A stretch of DNA of 64,000 bases from Squalus acanthias. Taxonomy: Eukaryota. Shown in pieces: positions 1-14,000 of this stretch (position 1 is the stretch's first letter; every line of letters begins with the position of its first letter). Where the stretch lies: NCBI GenBank assembly GCA_030390025.1, contig CM059432.1, forward strand, positions 23,252,001-23,316,000. Reading direction: 5' to 3'. The notes under the pieces are model-generated. The model worked only from the letters and a program-made list of their open reading frames with translations. It had not been told where the DNA came from and did no database searches. The position numbers were made by a program, and so were the translations under genes.

Positions 1-1970
1 GCTGGGCACACCTTAAAATTCGATGAGAGTTCTCTCTGTCTCTCGCCATAATTCTCATGGAACGCCAAGAACAAAAAGGCGGAGCTCCACCGTAACTGGA
101 TTATGCCAGGTCTCTGCCATTTTTTGCAGGGGGTGTGGCTGGTCTTCTGCTGGAGATGCAGTGGGAAACCGGAAGAACCTCCTTGGAATTTCAAGGTCTA
201 TCCATCTCCCTATCACTCTTCTTTCCATTGTGCCGGGCTTGAGTCCTTCCTCAGTGAACTGACTGTTTCTTTCTATGCCTCCATCCGTATTTTTCACTGA
301 GCCTGTCATGGCACTTGTTGCCGGATCTCACAGAGCAGCAACCCATAATAGTTCCATCCTCTGTTCTCAGTGGATATTTTGCCTAAAGCATTCCTCAGGG
401 ATAAATTTCTCCAACCTCCTCCTCATCCCATATACTCCCTCCTCTACTGCCCACCTCGATCGTACGTACTGATCTACAATTGTCTTCAATCTATACTTCC
501 TTTTTTAATTCATTCTTAGGATGTGGGTATCATTGTCATTTATTGCCCATCCCTAGTCACCCCAAGAAGGTGGTTGTGGGCATTATTTTTAAACAGCTCA
601 GCAGCAGTTTGATATAACTAAGTGGCTTGCTAGACCACTTCAGAAGGCAGTTAAGAGTCAATCACATTGGTATGGGACTAGAGTCATATATAGGCCATGA
701 CCAGGTAAGGACAGCAGGTCTCCTTTCCCTAAAGGGCATTAGTGAAGTAATTGGGTTTTTACGACAATCTGATAGCTTCGTAGTCACTTTTTATTGATAT
801 CAACATTTTATTTCCAGATTTTTTTTTCACTGAATTATAATTCTCAATCTGCCATGGTGGGATTTAAACTCATGTTCTCTGGATTATTAGTCTAGTCCTG
901 TTAGTTACCCAATAACATAACCACTGCACTACCTTACCTGGACTACCCAGGGGGAGTTTTCACTGTCTCTGCTGAGCAAAAATGGGGTGGCAGCACCCCG
1001 AAAATCACAGGGGGTAGAACTTACCGCCCCATTTCCACTCCCAATTGAGCTGATGCCATCCTTTTTAAGAAAATAAATATAAATATCGAGAACTATTTTT
1101 TGATTTGAGACTTCATTAAGCTTTTGGTATGAGCTTCTAAAATGGGACAAGGGAGATCTGGGCCGCAAATTTAATTGAGGAGACGAGATGGGGGCGGATC
1201 AGCTGGTTTCCGGGTTCCGGACCCGCTCCCAGCTGCATCTGCTCTGCAGATGTGATTTTCCCTTGATTGGCCTTGTTACCAGCCAATTAATAGGAAGCGG
1301 GTCTGATGACATCATTTGATGACACGTCATCAGCCGGTTTCCTTAAAGGGACCACGTCCACATGGAGTTTGTCAGCTGCAAACACTGACAATCACTGCAC
1401 AAAGGTGAACGCTTGCACCCAGGCTCTCCAATGACTCCCTCCATATGCAACACCTCATCCTTGCTCTCAGCACCGAGTGAGACCCATCCCACACACTGCA
1501 TGTCACTAAGGCTCTGGATTGCACCAGCAGGCTGGGTTGTGAGTAGGATGGGTTGTGGGAGAACATTTCAACTGAGGGACAGCATCTCCAACAGTGCAGT
1601 ACGAGCTCAGCAATTGTCTAGCTGTGACAGTGAATATTATGAGCCTCAAGTCAATGCTTGGGGCTCAAATTCACTTTTGATTAGGAAGGGAGTGATATCA
1701 ACTGAGCCAAGCTAACACAGTATAGCAGTGTAATGGGTGTAGAGAACTAGTGTTCCAGTTGATAGAAGAAGGTGCCAGGCAGCAGCAATGAAATCTAATG
1801 CAGGAAACACAAAATCTGCACGTTGACCTTAAGAATCTACAGTTACTGGGCCACTTGAGCCCCAAAATGCTAATTTAATGACAAGCTCTTATTTATTCTA
1901 TCAATGTACTTATAATATTCTGCTTGTTTTAACTGTATCTGTTTTACTATGGATCACTGTTTGTTTTTAG

Positions 1971-2024
1971 GGTGAACGAGGACCTCCAGGACCTCAAGGT
2001 CCTCCTGGTTTAAGAGGTGATCAG
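1971..2024 (+). CDS. COL22A1: COL22A1 exon, 54 bp ([18 protein letters not shown])
   Basis: ttttag|GGT...CAG|gtaaga; Gly-X-Y; phase 0/0. Confidence 0.9.
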
Positions 2025-5000
2025 GTAAGATATATGCATTTCTGGGAGAGTTCAGATCATGGGGGAACCGTTACCTATTGCCGAAAGCCTCAGAACCTCC
2101 TTACGGTTGATCCTGATTGAAGTTAACCAACACTCTAGACATGAAAGCATCGACTCAAAACTCTTTCATATGCGACAGAATAGTCAGTTATCTATTGAAC
2201 AGTTCAGTATGTAAAAAGATTGAAAGGCTGCACATTCAGAAAAGCAAATAATTTCTTTAAGGAGATTTATACATTTTCATTGACCATGTCAATTGTTGGG
2301 CTCAACAATTTCAGAACTTTTGCATCAACAGTTAACATTTTTGATTGGTTGGGTTTGCAATTTATAAAGTGGTAGAAACCACAGAGTGTAATAGAATCAT
2401 TTAGTGTATTGTAAGCAACAAACAACCTTTCTCAAAGGCTCAGCAAGTTAGGCCAGTGGACAGCTGAGCTATACAAACTAGTCCAGTCAGTCATTTTAGC
2501 ATCCAACTCTAGAAGTATATTAGCCCACCGCCACACTTAAGAAGTCAATCTTTATGAATGTGCTACTGTTTAGAAGGGTGGGTGCATCAGTCCCTTACAT
2601 TTCTGTGCCTCCTCTCCTTGAGTCTTTGCAGCAAAGATTCCACCTCCTTGCCTACAAAAGTAGTTTTCTTCACTCTGTAACATCGAAATCTACTGGGATT
2701 TTTTTAAATATTCATTCATGGGATGTGGGCGTCGCTGGCAAGGCCAGCATTTATTGCCCATCCTCAGTTGCCCTTGAGAAGGTGGTGGTGAGCCGCCTTC
2801 TTGAACCGCTGCAGTCCGTGTGGGGAAGGTACTCCCACAGTGCTATTAGGGAGGGAGTTCCAGGATTTTGACCCAGCGACGATGAAGGAACGGCGATATA
2901 CTTCCAAGTCAGGATGGTGTGTGACTTGGAGGGAACTTGGAGGTGGTGGTGTTCCCATGCGTGGGCTGCCCTTGTCCTTCTAGGTGGAAGAGGTCGCGGG
3001 TTTGGGAGGTGCTGCCGAGGAAGCCTTGGCGAGTTGCTGCAGTGCATCTTGTAGATGGTACACACTGCAGCCACGGTGCGCCGGTGGAAGAGGCAATGAA
3101 TGTTTAAGGTGGTGGATGGGGTTCCACTCAAGCGGGCTGCTTTGCCTTGGATGGTGTCGAGCTTCTTGAGTGTTGTTGGAGCTGCACTCATCTAGGCAAG
3201 TGGAGAGTATTCCATCACACTCCTGACTTGTGCCTTGTAGATGGTGGAAAGGCTTTGGGGAGTCAGGAGGTGAGACACTCGCCGCTGAACAAAATCGGCC
3301 TTTGGCTTTCCAGTACTATTTCAGATGCTTAACTGCTTCGTAATTGCAGTTCCAACAGTTTAAGTGGATTAGTGCTCCTCCCATTGCAGTCAATGGAACT
3401 GAATATCAGGAGCTGCGTATAGCGGGCAGCCGATCCGATACTGCCCGTTTTGCGCCACTGCCCGAGATGAATTTCTACCCCAGATTGTCTCCACTAACTG
3501 ATGAGATGATGAGAAAACACAGATTTAAGATAATCACAGAATAATTAATGAGGTGGTTAGAAGACATTTATTAATGCAGAGGGTGAGTAGAATGTGTAAT
3601 TCACTGCCAAAACTATTGCTGAAACAGAGTCCAAGGGAGTTGGATAGTTGCTTGGAAAAAAAGGAATACTTCAGGGCACGGGGAGCAAGCAGAAGAGTGG
3701 GATAAGACTAGCTGGCTCATGTGGAGAAAAACACTGGCGCAGACTATCATTCTGTAATAAGACTCTGCCCTCATTATGTATGTATTGTGTTTACAGGGTA
3801 AAAGTGGTCCTCTCGGCCCTGAAGGAAAGTCTGGTATTCCAGGTGTCCCGGTAAGTCCCACAGTTAATTTTTAAGAAAAGAAGACTATGCAGGGGTGAAT
3901 CCGGGGGAAATATCCTGTTATACTGGCACAGGATTTGGATAAGTACCTGACACGGGAATTGGATAAGTACCTGAAGGAAAAAAACTTGCAGGGCTACAGG
4001 GAAAGGGTGGGGGAGTGTGACTAGCTGAAGTGATCTTGCAGAGAGCCGGCACGGGCTCGACGGGCCAAATGGCCTCCTTCTGTGCTGTAACCAATCTATG
4101 ATTCTATGACATGATTTGCCTAACAAACTTTGGACTCTAGGGAATCAAGGGATATGGAGATCGGGCGGGAAAGTAGAGTTGAGGTCGATGATCAGCCATG
4201 ATCTTATTGAATGGCAGAGCAGGCTCGAGAGGCCGTATGACCTACTCCTGCTCTTATTTCTTATGTTCTTATTTTCTAAAAGCTGATGATATACAGGAAA
4301 GTAGACTGACCACAATATAGCTATACAGGAGTTACATACTTTGGGGGGCATATAATAATGGGGCTGATTTTCTACGGTTCCCCTTCTCCCAGGAGTGGAG
4401 TGGTGCTTGAGCATGCAATAGTTGAGGCCCAGCATCCAGACTTAAATGAGTCAGCCCAGTCTCCTGTTGCAGCATCTATCGGGGTTCCCATATGCAAGGG
4501 CATCCCAGGAAGCTGGTAGTGGGTTTGTAGCGGGACACCCCTCAGATCTGAGGGTCCCAAGAAGGGCCCAACAGCAAGGTGAAGAGGTCTGATAAAGTTA
4601 AGTTGAACCTTTTCATTTGAGAGACTCATAGATCTTTGGGCCTTGGGGCTCTCCAGCGTCAGTCAGGAAGACTCTAAAGCCAGCAGCCTGGACTGCAGAT
4701 GTAGGTTTCTCAGGCCGGTGACTGTGCTCCTCTTTTCTCCCAAATTTGCCGCGACAAAAGTCTGCTGTGCCGTTAGTGCAAACAACGTTTATGGTCTGGT
4801 TACCGAATTTGGGTGCTGCTCAGCCTGGAGACAGGCACAGTGTTTGTCAGTTGGTATGCTTGTCCAGTGTCGGGGCAAGAAGGACAAATAAACTAGGTCA
4901 CCGTAAATTTTGATTAAACTGGAATTATTTTACTATTGAATATTTTATGGCTGGAATTATGCTGTGTGATATTGACATACAAACATATGAGCACATTAGT

Positions 5001-8000
5001 ATGAAATCCCTTTGTCCACTATTTTAATCTGTTTAGTCCCTTAAAATTGGGTCAACCAATCTCACGTGAATGCACCAATACAATATAACGCAGCCCCATT
5101 TATTATTTCCGCCTTTTGGATGAGGCATTAAACTGGACCCCCGTCTGCCTGTTCAGGTGGATGTAAAAGATCATATGGCACTACTTGAAGAGCAGGTGAT
5201 TGTTCCTAGTCTCCTGGCCAACATTTGTCCCGCAGCCAACACCATCATAACCGATTGGCTGGCCATTTATCTCTTTTGCAGTTTGTCTCTGACGTATCAC
5301 ACAATCAGGGTCTCTGGGGGAGAAATTGAGTATCGCCCCGAAAAAGTAGCGCCGGGCGCTACACCAGTGAATCCGACACGAACTTCGGGTTTAGCGCTCC
5401 AGGAAGGAAGTGGAGCGCTAAATCAAAAACTACCACTTCCCTTGGAGCGCTAAAGTTCAGCAAGAGGGGCGGTAGCGGTGTAGCGCTGCCCAGTGTCGAG
5501 TGCAGCGCTACCGGGAATGGGGGCTCCTTCCCTCCCTTAAAGGGAAGGGCCATTGCTGCAGGTTCTGCACTAAATTGATGTCCCTCGTCGCCAACAGCAG
5601 CCGTGATCCACGACGATCAGCCCCCAAGCACTTTAACAGAGCACAGGGCTGATAAATCGCGGCACAGGAAAAAGTTGAAAAAACAACCTAAGGGGTGGAA
5701 ATAATTTTTTCATTGACACAAGCGGCCTTACCTTTAAATACCGTTCCCCAAGTGGCCGGCCTCCCTAACAACGCCTCCTGCAGCTGCCGGTGTTACCGCC
5801 CGGCGATGCTGCGGGGGGCGGAACCGAAGTTCGGATCCAGGGCGCTGCCGGGACGCCACGCAGCCGGATGACGTCACAATCTCGTGGCGCTAGTGGTTAC
5901 CGCCGCCGCAAACCTCCACGTCAATTTCGAGGGCGTCGGTACTATCGCCGCGCCCGCTCGCAAAGCCGGTAGCGCCCCGTTAACGACCCCCAGAGGCACT
6001 AACGGGAGACACAAAAGAGGCCGATTTCTCCCCCTCTGTATCTCAGCTGTCTTACAATTTGTGGGATATCAGTTATTCAGTTTCAACTTCTCTCTCTCAG
6101 CTATTTCACTACAGTGTTAGTGTCACATATTAATGGTCTCGATCTTTCCCAGCTATTACACATTCTCTGGGGTATGACACATTCTGTGCTGTTTCTCTCA
6201 ACTGTCGCACTTTCTTTGGTGCATCATATCACATTCTATGGGATATCATATATTCAGAGTGTTTCCCTCACAGTGAAGAGTTTCTCTCTCACAACTATTA
6301 CATTCTCCGGGTATCCCACATTCAGGGTCACTGCTCATAGTTGCCAGTTCAGTTCCTGTTAAATATTCTTCTCATTCAGAATTGTGAATGTTGTTACATA
6401 TGAAACTTGATTTACACTGTACTGCACAGATGGAGTACATGGTACAGTAAAACTCAAGTCTCACACCAGTTGCTCAAGACTCATTAGAGCGTGGAGACTT
6501 GTAAAGTTTCTTTCAACAATGAGGTTCAAAAAGACTCTTGTGGTACTGTACACTGTCAAAAATATGTGGGACACATTACTCAAAATAGTGGACTTGTTTA
6601 TGTCTTAGGAGGTTGAGCGTTATGCCAAGTAATCCTTATTTATATGGATATATTATTTTGAGCAATGTTATTGTTAATCTATTGCCAGTTAAATTCTTGA
6701 GATTGCTCTCCCGATGACTTAGTGAGTACCCAGAAATACAGCAGGTTTGATGTCTAGTCTATGTTGAGTTAGCCAATCTCAGCTGGGTTGTCAGTGGGGC
6801 TCTTACAATTGATCTAAGTGTCCTTGGGCAAAAAAGAGGAAAACTTCAGTTGGAGTACCCACGTCTTCTGTGTGAATATTAGGTGAGGACAAGGTTAGCT
6901 TCAACAGTGATGTGTTTCATAATTTAATAACCTGCCAACACTTGCTGTCTAGACCCACAGACACTTGGTAAGGTAGAAAGAAGGCCTCACCTTCAGGAGA
7001 AAAAGAGGAGAAAAACGGGAAAAGACCAAAAGGAAACATTTCTGTAACCTTGCAGTGATGAGGCCAAGATTTTTCAATGTTAGTGTCCTGTCATCATTCA
7101 TGCTGTAAAGCACAGGCTAATATTTGGATAGGAAAGTTTCCTCACAAAAAACTGTTCTACTAAAAATGCAAAATACCATCATTCTTGGACAGACCTTTAG
7201 TTGATTGATGTATTTGGTTTTTTTTTCAGATTTCAGACAATAAGCTATTTATGTTTCACCTGAAATGATTTTGAATTTTAGGGAGTAAAGGGTTCCAAAG
7301 GAACAACCGGAGACCCAGGTTTTCCAGGGGTCCAGGGACTACCAGGATCGCGGGTGAGTATCGTTTGTCTTATTCCTTTCCTCACAACTGAGGTGGAATT
7401 GTTTTTAAAATGTGTTTGCTAAACACCTGATGAAAGCTAACTTCTCTCTATGAAACAACAAAGATGAAGCTGTCCCATTGTCTAAAGCAGACATCTTGAC
7501 GGGGCCTCCTAAACCTGCATTAGGCCAGTGTGTCTTCTCCGTTCTGGCTTCTTGAAATGGCTGTTTTCGAAGCTCCAAAATAAAGCTAATTACAAAACCA
7601 AAACAAGAAATAATTATCAAAAAATAACTCTATGGTGTTTAGTACTCCACAATAGATGGAAGAACTCTGGGATATAGTATCATAATTCTAATGGTATAAG
7701 AAAGAACTTTGTGGGTGGCACCATATTGTTGATGGTACATGGAGAAATTCTATTAGTTAGTACCCTCTGTGTCAATACCTCATATAGCCGGAGTTTTCCC
7801 GCTGCCATGCATGCGGGTTAGAGGCAGGTCGGCAGTAAAATTTGTTAAATATGGGCCCGGGTCAGGAACTTGCCGTCGTCCCACCTCCTCGCGCCTTTTA
7901 CTCGGGTGCGTTTGCCAGCGCGCCACTGACCCGAATGGCACAGGCGGGCGACCTAATTAATCTCATTAACTCCTTGTTATGAGACCCTTAACAGGGATTT

Positions 8001-11000
8001 TAACCAGACCATTTGGGGGAGAAATTTGGTACCTTAGCACCTCCCATCCGCACCTCCAGGGGGCGCTAACGGGGCGCAAATGACTGACCGACCAGGCATG
8101 GCGAAATGAATGACTTCCACTAAATTGGCTGAGAGGTTTGCGGCGGCGGTAACACTTTGCGCCACGATCTCCTGCACCCGGAGATCGTGACATCATTGTC
8201 CTGCGCATCGCCCTGCTAGCGCTCCGGACCCGAACTTCACGACAACACCGACAGCTGCAGAAGATGTTGTTCGGGAGGCCGGGCACTTCGGGGGCGCAAG
8301 TTAAAGGGGATGTTGGCGCGGTAAGTATAACAATTGTTGCTGGAGGTAAAGTTATGTCACACCATTCACTCCAACTCACTAAGCCCCTTCCAAAGTAGCA
8401 GACAATAATGGGCATGACCGGAAAGTGGTGAAAATAAGTACTTTTATATCTGTCATAACAGTAATGGAACCTTAACATAAGAACATAAGAAATAGGAGCA
8501 GGAGTAGGCCAATTGGCCCCTCGAGCCTGCTCCGCCATTCAATAAGATCATGGCTGATCTGATCCTAACCGCCAATCTACTATCGCAGAACCATCTCCTG
8601 AACCTAACAGAATTGGACACACGAAATAGGAGCAGGATCAGGCTACACGGTCCCTGGGCCCGCTACGCTACCCACAGGGCCATGACCGATCCGAACCTAG
8701 ACTCATGTCCAAATTCCTGCCCGCTCCCCGTAACCCTTAATTCCCTTTACTTCTAGGAAACTGTCTATTTCTGTTTTAAATTTATGTAATGATGTAGCTT
8801 CTACAGCTTTTTGGGGCAGCATATTCCATGGACCTATCACTTAACAATAACACTTCTTTAAACATCCATGTGCATCTACTTCTGTGTCATCTTTCTTTTC
8901 TGCGTGTTTCTAGAAGTTGCAACTCCTGTGGCTTCAGCAGAGGTAGAGGCAAGCTGCTCACTTCTCTGCTGCGACTGCGTAGACACTTTTGGTGGATGTC
9001 CTCTGGGATTTGGAGCCTCTGATGGCCCCGCCAAAACCTGCTCCTCCTGTGACTGTGCAGGGGCAGACTCGGCCACCACAATCTGAGGAGGCATTTGGGG
9101 CTCTGACTGAGGTTGGGACATGGGACAACAGTGGAGAAGTGTGAGCGCTTCCATGTCCCCTCTCACCATCATCCCTCTCATGGGCCACCTGCACTTCCCT
9201 GCTAGCAAGGGGCTGGAGTGCACCTTGCTGCACAGCAGTGGGGCCATGAACGCCCAAGTCTACGTTGACATCCCTCCTAGAGAGGAGGTCTGTGAGCCTC
9301 TGCCATCTGTTCTTCATAGCTAGCATGTGCTCATGTGAGTGGCGCATTAGCTGCTTCATGCAGGTGGCCATCTTTTCCGTAGAAGAGCATACCGTCACCA
9401 TCGCCTGCGACATGGTGGTACTCATGTTGGAGATGGACTCCTCCATTCTCTGCAAGTTTGCAGACATCGCAGCTGCAAAACCTGCCAGAGCCTCCTGCAT
9501 TTCTTGCTGCCCCTCCAGGATCACCCTCTCTCGATGGCCCCTGAGGCTCAGTGTCTGCATACAGCTGAGCAGAGCTTGGAGCATCCTGCACCCTCTGGCG
9601 AGGAGTCTCCACTGCTGTTCCTGTCTCCACCATCTGCTCTTGCTCACTTGCGACTTGAGAGACACCAGGTGACAGCACTATCTCGCGTAGGACATACCAA
9701 GTTGTGCGTATCTGCGCTGGTGCTGGGTGCACTTGGGTCTGTTGACGGTGCACCTTCAGAGGCTAAAGACTCCTCTGAGGAGTTGTCTTCATCCTCCGGC
9801 TGGACAGTGGGGGGATGGGCTCTTGTGCGCTCTCACAACAAGAAGGAAAGGAAGAGAAATTTGAGTGAGAGTAATGGCATGTAAGGATTGTGTGGGTTAC
9901 ATCTGTAGAGGATGACTATGAGGGAGTGTGGTGCCAATGCCAAATGGCCTCCTTCTGTGGAGTTAGTTGGTATGATTGCATTAGGATGAGGGTGAGTGTG
10001 AGGGGTAGTTAGTCAGAGGGGGATGTTAGTATGTACATAGAAAGAGAGGGATGGGTGGACGTGCAAGGTATGTTGGTGTGAGGAATGATGTGCTTGGGAA
10101 GGCAGGGTGATGGGGATGTGGTGACAGGCACATCAGGATGAAGTTGAGTGTGGCTTTGCACTCACCTTTCCTGATCTCATCAGATCATTGTAGTGCTTCC
10201 AGCACTGCACCCAGGTCCGCCTCACCACATCCCTGCTGTTGACCACCTGAGCAATTTGGAGCCAGGCTCTTTTTGTCTCCTGGGGAGGTCTCTTCCTCCC
10301 ATCTGCAGGGAAGAGGAACTCCCTGCGTGCTCTGACTCCCTCCACGAGAATATGCAGGGAGTCATCTGAAAACCTGGGTGCAGGCCTCTGTCTTTGGGAA
10401 GTAATGTTTACAAGTCTCAGCAATAACCAGATCCTCAAGAGACTCCCTTCAACTCCTAGATGAATCATCAAATGCGATGTGGCCAAGGCTGCTTTAAATA
10501 TCCCCACTGGAAATGAGTCATCGATGACATCATCAGATCCGCACCATTAATAGGGCCGGGAAACGCGCATGTCTGCCTGAATAGGGACCATTAACTGAAA
10601 GTCGCTCTGAGGAGCGGGTTGATCAATACAACGCAGTACCGACCCACCACACGCACCTGGCTCGACTCGGTAAGGAACATTCCGGCCTATGGGTTAGTAC
10701 TTTATCAGTGATGCTGCAGGAAAGAACTTTACGGGTATTTAGCTATCACCACTGGGCACGACAGATAAAATCATCCCTTAAACAATAGGGTGGAGCACTA
10801 AAATACTTTTATCCCCTCCCAGCTTAATTATAATTTTACTACATATATAGTAACAATTTACATTTCTTGGTGGCAAAAATTAGCTAGTTTAGTTTTGAAT
10901 GGCCACTCATCAAATCAGAATCATGATCTACCAATCTGATTGAATAATTCAAATTAAATCTCTAGGTTCCTCACTGTATAATTAGCATACTCTAAGTTAT

Positions 11001-14000
11001 TATATTCTCCAGTATGATACATTTTGTCCACATCGAAGAATATTGGTTTCAAGATCCTGATCCTTGTCTATAAATCTTCCATGGACTGGCCCCACTTTAC
11101 CTCAGCAACATTTTCCAGCTCTACACCACAGTTTGCACTCTTTGTTCTTCCAACTCTGTCCTCCTGTGTCTTCATTCACCAACTTCCCCATTGGTAGCAG
11201 AGCCTTCATCAGGAACTCCCTTTCTAAACCCTCCCTCCTTCTACCAACCACCCAGTCTTCCCCCAATTTCTCCTCTTGTATTTACCAATGCCTTGTAAAG
11301 TGGCATAGGACATTTTGCTATGTTAAAGGGACAATATAAATGCAAGTTGGTATTGTTTGTCATCTTCATTTTCTTCATGAACAGGGCCTGCCAGGAGAGA
11401 CAGGATCCCCAGGCAAAACAGTAAGTAATGCACGTTGTGTTTATTTTCACATTAGTTTAATAAAATTGGTCGCGTTTATTTCCAACACCAGATTTCTGAT
11501 TGGTCACCTTGGAGGACAAGACCTGATTTCTGATTGGTCCCTTGGAGGACAAGACAAACCCAGCAGTTTATCTGGAATGTGTAATTAGATCCTGCCTACC
11601 TAAGTAATCAAGGAGATCCGGAGGGTTCAGACCAAACATGTGCCCTTAAAGAAAAAAGGTGGGACTAACAAATCTAGAGCCCCCTGGATGTCTAGAGACA
11701 TACAGGGTAGGATAAAGAAAAAATGACAGATACCGAGGGCTAAATACTCCAGAATCTTTAGGGGAGTACAGAAAGTGCAGGGGTGCAATTAAAAAGGATA
11801 TTAGGAAAGCAAAGAGAGAGCATGAAAAATTCTTGGCAAGGAAAATCAAGGAAAACACAAAGATGTTTCATAAATATATTAAGAGTAAGAGGAAAACTAA
11901 AGAAAGGGTAGGGCCTATTAGAGATCATGAGGGTAATCTGTGTGTGGAGGCGGGAGACGTCGGTAGTGTTCTTAATGAATACTTTGAATCTGTTTTCACA
12001 AAGGAGAGGGGCGAAGCAGACATTGCTATCGGGGGAGGAGTGTGAAATATTAGATGAAATAAACATAGTGAGAGAGGAAGTATGAAGGGGTTTAGCAGCT
12101 TTAAAAGTGGATAAATCCCCAGGCCTGGATGAAATGTATCCCAGGCTGTTAAGCGAAGCAAAAGAGGAAATAGCAGAGGCCCTGACCATCATTTTTCAAT
12201 CCTCTCTGGCTTCAGGTGTGGTGCCAGAGGACTGGAGGACTGCTAATGTGGTACCCTTGTTTAAAAAGGGAGAAAAGGATAGACTGAGTAATTACAGGCC
12301 AGTCAGCCTAACCTCGGTGGTGGGAAAATTATTGGAAAGAATTCTGAAGGACAGGATAAATCTTCATTTAGAAAGACACGGATTAATCAAGGATAGTCAG
12401 CACGGATTTGTTAAGGGAAGGTCGTGTCTGACAAACTTGATTGAATTTTTTGAGGAGGTAAGAAGGAGGGTAGATGAGGGTAGTGCATTTGATGTAGTGT
12501 ATATGGACTTTAGCAAGGCTTTTGATAAGGTTCCACATGGCAGACTGGTCACGAAGTTAAAAGCCCATGGGATCCAGGGCAAAGTGTCAAGTTGGATTCA
12601 AAACTGGCTCGAAGACAGGAAGCAGAGGGTAATGGTTGATGGGTGTTTTTGTGACTGGAAGGCTGTTTCCAGTGGGGTTCCGCAGGGCTCAGTACTAGGT
12701 CCCTTGCTTTTTGTGGTATATATCAACGATCTTGACTTGAATATGATTAAGAAGTTTGCAGATGATACTAAAATCGGCTGTGTGGTTGATACTGAAGAAG
12801 GAAGCTGTAGACTGCAGGAAGATATCAATAAATTGGTCAGGTGGGCAGAACAGTGGCAAATGGAATACAATCCGGAGAAGTGTGAGGTAATGCTTTTGGG
12901 GAGGGCTAACAAGGAAAGGGAATACACATTAAATGGTAGGACACTGAGTAGTGTAGAGGAACAAAGGGACCTTGGAGTGCATGTCCACAGATCCCTGAAG
13001 GTAGCAGGCCAAGTAGATAAGGTGGTTAAGAAGGCATACGGAATGCTTGCCTTTATTAGCCGTGGCATAGAATACAAGAGCAGGGGGGTTATGCTTCAAC
13101 TGTATAAAACATTAGTTAGGCCTCAGCTAGAGTACTGCGTGCAGTTCTGGTCACCACATTACAGGAAAGATGTGATTGCACTAGAGAGGGTACAGAGGAG
13201 ATTTACAAGGATGTTGCCGGGAGTAGAGAATCTTAGCTATGAGGAAAGACTGGATAGGCTGGGTCTGTTTTCCTTGGAACAGAGGAGGCTGAGGGGAGAC
13301 TTTATTGAGGTGTATCAAATTATGAGGGGCATAGATAAAGTGGATAGAAAGGCTCTATTTCCCTTAGCAGAGGGATCAAAAACCAGGGGGCACAGATTTA
13401 AAGTAATTGGGGGAAGGTTTAGAGGGGATTTGAGGGGAAATTTCTTCACCCAGAGGGTTGTGGGGGTCTGGAACTCACTGCCTGAAAGGGTGGTAGAGGC
13501 AGGAACCCTAACCACATTTAAAAAGTACTTGGATGTACACTTGGGATGCTCTAACCTGCAGGGCTACGGACCAAGAGCTGGGAAGTGGGATTAGGCTGGA
13601 TAGCTCTTTGTTGGCCGGCGTGGACACGATGGGCCGAAATGGCCTCCTTCCGTGCTGTAACTTTCTATGATTCTATGATTCTATAAGTACTTTGCAAAGT
13701 GTAATTCGAGCCATTCTGACTGCCAGGCTCCAGACAGAACAGAGTTCACCCTCGGGGGTCAAGACCTTCTCCCATCCCCCAAACAAGTCCCTGCCCCTCC
13801 AACAAGTTATTAACCTTCCTTCCACGACCCCCCCAGTTCCTGACCTCCCCCCAAGCTTCTGACCTTCCCCATCCCCCCAAGTTTCTGACCTTCCCCTCCT
13901 GCCCAGTTTCTGACCTTCTCCCCCTGCCCAAGTTTCTGACCTTCCCCTCCTGCCCAAGTTTCTGACCTTCTCCCCCTGCCCAAATTTCTGACCTTCTCCC

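Noticed and set aside
55..309. 84-aa minus-strand ORF at the window start
   Set aside because: No recognisable domain; probably a decayed repeat in a COL22A1 intron.
938..972. Minus-strand exon-like segment (tttgctcag...ccag|gtaagg)
   Set aside because: Not collagenous, lies at a repeat junction and has no partner exons.
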